64,000 bases of DNA from Candidatus Latescibacterota bacterium (GTDB lineage Bacteria > Latescibacterota > UBA2968 > UBA8231): contig CBDETK010000013.1 of assembly GCA_965242865.1 (NCBI GenBank), positions 3,008,001-3,072,000 on the forward strand, written 5' to 3'. Both the position numbers and the translations under genes were made by a program. This document shows positions 61,301-64,000 of the stretch, piece by piece; position 1 is the stretch's first letter; each line of letters begins with the position of its first letter. Below the pieces are notes generated by a model, which saw only the letters and a program-made list of their open reading frames with translations, made no database searches and was not told the DNA's origin.

Positions 61301-61556
61301 GATTGCCGATCAAGGTCTGAAAGCGGTCGAGGTCGCGGATGGCGTCGGTCGCTTGGCCGATGCGGCGCGGCGTGAGGGTGTGGGTTTGGCGATCGATGTA
61401 GATGGCGTGTTTGGGCCGCGTCCAGTGTTCCCATTGCGCGGCGCGGTTGATGGTCACGCCAGCGGCGGTTAGCTCAAAACCTTCCTGTGCTTCGGCTGGG
61501 TGCAAGAAAAGGAGCAACGGCAGGCTCCAGCGTAGGGGGGTGCGTTGGCTGATCAT
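58347..61556 (-). CDS. Large secreted protein with C-terminal FlgD-Ig domain
   Basis: Signal peptide; DGDPTTYW and IDLG discoidin-like motifs; PNPFTPNGDG.ND..WDGR...G..VPPG.Y. Confidence 0.82.
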   Translation of the reverse strand: MISQRTPLRWSLPLLLFLHPAEAQEGFELTAAGVTINRAAQWEHWTRPKHAIYIDRQTHTLTPRRIGQATDAIRDLDRFQTLIGNQSAYDKLVKELNRADRPIPLNIRPAKATVAGVPIVYLKANKKKNIEVGDPVIWYYYHGGIRHAGTRIETATAILDGDPTTYWEPSTLVSRAEYDDLAPAVKGPIYFIVKGDDGVERRADEAAYTAAALGDRRVEYHSHSLENWTVDIDLGRLVPVAKVVLRFLDPSAGEPFRQVRLLGTSSDARGADLSLIDRTIAPVEHQTSVEFNLDPDDEGAYQQLHILRIAVTDSKLDKFAVVPEAEFAALPLDEQGGIDYHIVNAAGTETKVARSIYEDVDPQRRGRLIHYRRERPRLAAIEVFTQGDNIALDVINGGGSVELTGTFGGLPGFDGRYESNFLQFVWSPDPRFEDRGIMTVDLGARFWLNYFRMVGDISGVDEMVVRISDGTRDSNGSLKWREMHRQTGGTVESEFEQLEPVRYLTSQIYTSQAGRAGGYNTGDRIREVQLFGEGYPSEVTLTSPMIELPGSVILGRIEWEADLPDSAQVDVQIRTRTGDRLVEIVEYYGNGGDRKTETDYANLPTSFKGPVVNRLQPGGGWTSWSQRYTRSGQFVTSPSPRRFLQLQARLLSTSPAAAASLRSIAVEFLPPVAHRTVAEIWPNTVEPRTVREFALYLKPTFVEHQPGGPPSRRFDEILLDAAPIEALTIADVALGREEDLARDQPRRLFSAAGASADVLIDAATGDSLQIFPAAPGTPLRLLLPEKVALQAADDDTRTYYRVVTEEGEQVPVDGDGRVLNELTYLGLPVEEQGDILYFARGGRDIEAVEEFAYRSLADSLQGEIRYFRRLIGKGGEFPFDRQGNPLNQAAYNALPRRQRGSIAAVGELVRVRFRASVLLNGTTVDAAIRDSAFPDTYQQVDPGDATLLTPGTALSISVPLSNRVVQGVAIAPNPFTPNGDGTNDRAHIRFALGNLNAERTIWVRVFDLAGHPVWSGRRQGFGEQVFTWDGRGDDGHLVPPGTYLCKIAAEVDAASASHTSETRLIGVAY

Positions 61557-61573
61557 GAATTTGCTCCAAGGGT

Positions 61574-63325
61574 TCACTCGCGCGGTAGCGGTACTAGGCT
61601 GGCTAGCAGCGAATCGGGCAGAGCGGCCGCGAGTTGCTCGGGGGAGATGTCGATTTCGTCGCGGTATGTTGCTCGCAACGACGCAATCCATTGGTCAAAG
61701 CGCGCTCGTTCGGCCTGCTGCACGAGGGCCGCTCGCGCCCGTTGTCGCGCCTGCGGTGCCGGCTCGGGCTGGGCCGGCTCGCGGCGGACCACCGCGAATA
61801 AGGCAAATCCCTCGCGGGTTTGCACCGGGCCGGTTAGGACGCCGACCTCGGCGGCTTGCAGGGCGCGCCAGAGCTGGGGGTACGGGACGCTGTTGTAGCG
61901 GTGCATGCAGACGAGGCCATCGGCGCGCCGCGGGCGCAACGGGAAGCCGCGCGCTTTGGCTAGGGCGGCCAAATCCTCTTGGCCGGTCAAGGAGTCTTTG
62001 AGTTGCTGCGCCGCTGGCCGGCTGGGCGCGATCAACTCGTCAAAGCAGATAGACTCCGGGATGGTGAATCGCGCGGGATGCGCGGCGATATAGCACTCGA
62101 CATCGGCTGGGGCGACGGCGACCGAGTCGCTTACGTGGCGTTGGTACGCGGCTTTGAGCAGCCATTCTTCGTCGGCTTTGGCCAGATGCGCGGCCGCCTC
62201 TTGCTCTTGGTGGTAGCCGGCCTTTTCGGCCGCCGTGGCCAACGCGAGCTCCGGCAAGATGGCGCGGCGCGCAAAGGCCGCAACGGTCGCGCTGTCTTGC
62301 CGCGCTTCGGGCCGCGTCACCTGATGCTTGTGCAGCATTTCGCGGTATTCTTCGGTGGAAACCTGACCGCCCTCGTAGGTGAACAAGGGCGCATTCGCTT
62401 GCGTTGGCAGGGCGGCGAGGCCCGACGCAGTCATGGCCCAGCCCAATTCATAGGCGAGGAGCTCGACCTGCTGCCGCTCGACTTCCCGCCTTTTGGCTTT
62501 GGCCAGCTCGCGGGCGAGCAAGTCCCGATAGCTATCGACCTCTACTTGGCGCTCCTCCACAAAGCGCACCAAGTGAAAGCGCCGGCCCAAGGGCAACGGC
62601 TCGGATACGACGCCGGTCGGCTGGTGATCAAAGACGACTTCTGGCACTCCGAGGCGGCTGGCCATGGAGCGATTGACAAAGCCGATGCGCCCGCGCTGGG
62701 CCGCGGCGCGGGGGTCGAGCGTGTGTTGGGCCGAGAGCTCGGCAAAGGAAGCCCCGGCTGCGAGTTGGTGCGCGATTGCTTGGGCTTCGGCCTTGGTTTG
62801 GACCAAAATGGCCGTCATAAGGCGCTCGCGTCCAAGGCCCTGCTCGGCAAAAAAGCGGTCAATGTCCGCGTCCGCAACGCGCGTTTCGGGGTGCAGGTCG
62901 CGCTTTCGGTAGAGGTTCGCCAGATAGGCGCGCCGCTGGAGCAGCCGCGCAACCCGCACGGCCGGCTCGCGGTCCAGGCCCATTTCGCGGGCTTGGCGCA
63001 GCATGAGTTGGCGGTCGATCAAGGTCTGCAAGTAGGATTGTCGCGCCGCTTGCCCCTGTTGGGTCGGGCGCAGCCCAGGCAGCACGTTCGCGGCAAATTG
63101 GCGCAACTGCACGGCCGTGATGGGCACATCGCCGACCCGCGCTACCGGCGGTGCGTCTGGCCGACTGCATGCAAGCGATAAAATTAGGGCCGCCACGCTT
63201 ACGCTTAGGATCGTCCAGCGGGTTTTGTTTGTGTGAGGCTGGAAGATCAACGTCGCCGCGCACGCGAGCACCTCTCCTAGTGCCGTTTCGATTTCTCGAC
63301 CTAATGAGGTACGTTCCGTTGTCAC
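61574..63325 (-). CDS. PpiC/SurA-like peptidyl-prolyl isomerase lipoprotein (start uncertain)
   Basis: Lipobox SLAC; VARVGDVPIT; two parvulin-like domains (GASFAELSAQHT, GVVSEP, GPVQTREG). Confidence 0.8.
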   Translation of the reverse strand: MTTERTSLGREIETALGEVLACAATLIFQPHTNKTRWTILSVSVAALILSLACSRPDAPPVARVGDVPITAVQLRQFAANVLPGLRPTQQGQAARQSYLQTLIDRQLMLRQAREMGLDREPAVRVARLLQRRAYLANLYRKRDLHPETRVADADIDRFFAEQGLGRERLMTAILVQTKAEAQAIAHQLAAGASFAELSAQHTLDPRAAAQRGRIGFVNRSMASRLGVPEVVFDHQPTGVVSEPLPLGRRFHLVRFVEERQVEVDSYRDLLARELAKAKRREVERQQVELLAYELGWAMTASGLAALPTQANAPLFTYEGGQVSTEEYREMLHKHQVTRPEARQDSATVAAFARRAILPELALATAAEKAGYHQEQEAAAHLAKADEEWLLKAAYQRHVSDSVAVAPADVECYIAAHPARFTIPESICFDELIAPSRPAAQQLKDSLTGQEDLAALAKARGFPLRPRRADGLVCMHRYNSVPYPQLWRALQAAEVGVLTGPVQTREGFALFAVVRREPAQPEPAPQARQRARAALVQQAERARFDQWIASLRATYRDEIDISPEQLAAALPDSLLASLVPLPRE

Positions 63326-63370
63326 TCGGATTTCTCCTCTTCCTTGATCTCTGCCACCAATTCTCTCGCG

Positions 63371-64000
63371 TCAGATCTTCACCGTCCGCTGCCCCTTCCC
63401 CGCCCGCAACACCGCCGTCGCCACCGCCAAGGCGGCGATTCCGTCGTCCCCGGTCACCAGCGGCTGTTCGCCCTTGGCAAAGCACCGGACGACGTGTTTG
63501 GCTTGTTCGGCGAACATGTCCTTGAGCGGATAGGTGTACACCCGCTCGCGGCCCTCGCCCGTCTTGAGCGTAAAGGCCCCGCTTTTTTGCGGGTTGAAGC
63601 GCGCCGGGGGCCGCTGGGCGGTCATGCCGAATTGCAGGGTGCCGGCCGGGCCAATCACGTCGTTGAGGCTCGCCACGGGAGCACCAGCGGCCACGCCCCA
63701 CGACCAAATCAGGGCGTGTTGATCGCCGCGGGCGAAGTTGAGGATGACGCTGGCGGTGTCAGCGCCGACGCTGGTGGGATCGAATTGCAGGGAAGAGGCT
63801 TGGACCGACGCGACCGGGCCGAAAATCTGCAAGGCGAAATCGTAGTTGTGTACAGCGCCGTCCATTAGCGGACCGCCGCCTTTGTTCTCATCGCGGAACC
63901 ACGGCCGGGCCGGGCGGCCCCCCGCAGCAAAGCGCCACACGACCGGCTCGCCAACAGCACCGGATTGGACGATTTCCTTGAGCTTGCCCCACTGCGCGTC
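63371..64000 (-). CDS. Gfo/Idh/MocA oxidoreductase, 5' part outside window
   Basis: GGGPLMDGAVHNYD motif; frame is open to the window end. Confidence 0.85.
   Translation of the reverse strand, partial: DAQWGKLKEIVQSGAVGEPVVWRFAAGGRPARPWFRDENKGGGPLMDGAVHNYDFALQIFGPVASVQASSLQFDPTSVGADTASVILNFARGDQHALIWSWGVAAGAPVASLNDVIGPAGTLQFGMTAQRPPARFNPQKSGAFTLKTGEGRERVYTYPLKDMFAEQAKHVVRCFAKGEQPLVTGDDGIAALAVATAVLRAGKGQRTVKI

Overview
High-GC bacterial chromosomal window. The gene content (DUF6785-like membrane protein, FlgD-Ig secreted protein, LRR+YWTD lipoprotein, many ATPase-nuclease and TA genes) suggests a Latescibacterota-like, possibly sponge-associated organism; this is inference only. The housekeeping backbone is tamB-tamA, ilvD, a 2-hydroxyacid dehydrogenase, tmRNA, enolase/ALDH catabolic genes, the suf operon, moxR-DUF58 and envelope genes. 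The most striking feature is a ~17.8 kb, largely lower-GC, integrase-free defence island (24751-42508) inserted co-directionally between sufB and sufC. It carries a DUF499 ATPase and a DUF1156 methylase split by a nested patatin/CD-NTase/E2 CBASS and a Clp-fold protease. It also carries a GIY-YIG nuclease, an AAA-ATPase/nuclease pair and a tightly packed six-gene module (YaaA/DUF6884-like, unknown, PIN-like, wHTH-like, P-loop ATPase, TGT-like base-exchange enzyme) that matches no system I recognise; this module is the best novel-system candidate. A second theme is accessory genes wedged into gene junctions, flanked by short duplicated gene ends whose mismatches are mostly synonymous, plus many tiny decayed TA/defence remnants. 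All family calls come from motif recognition by eye; no database or HMM search was run.
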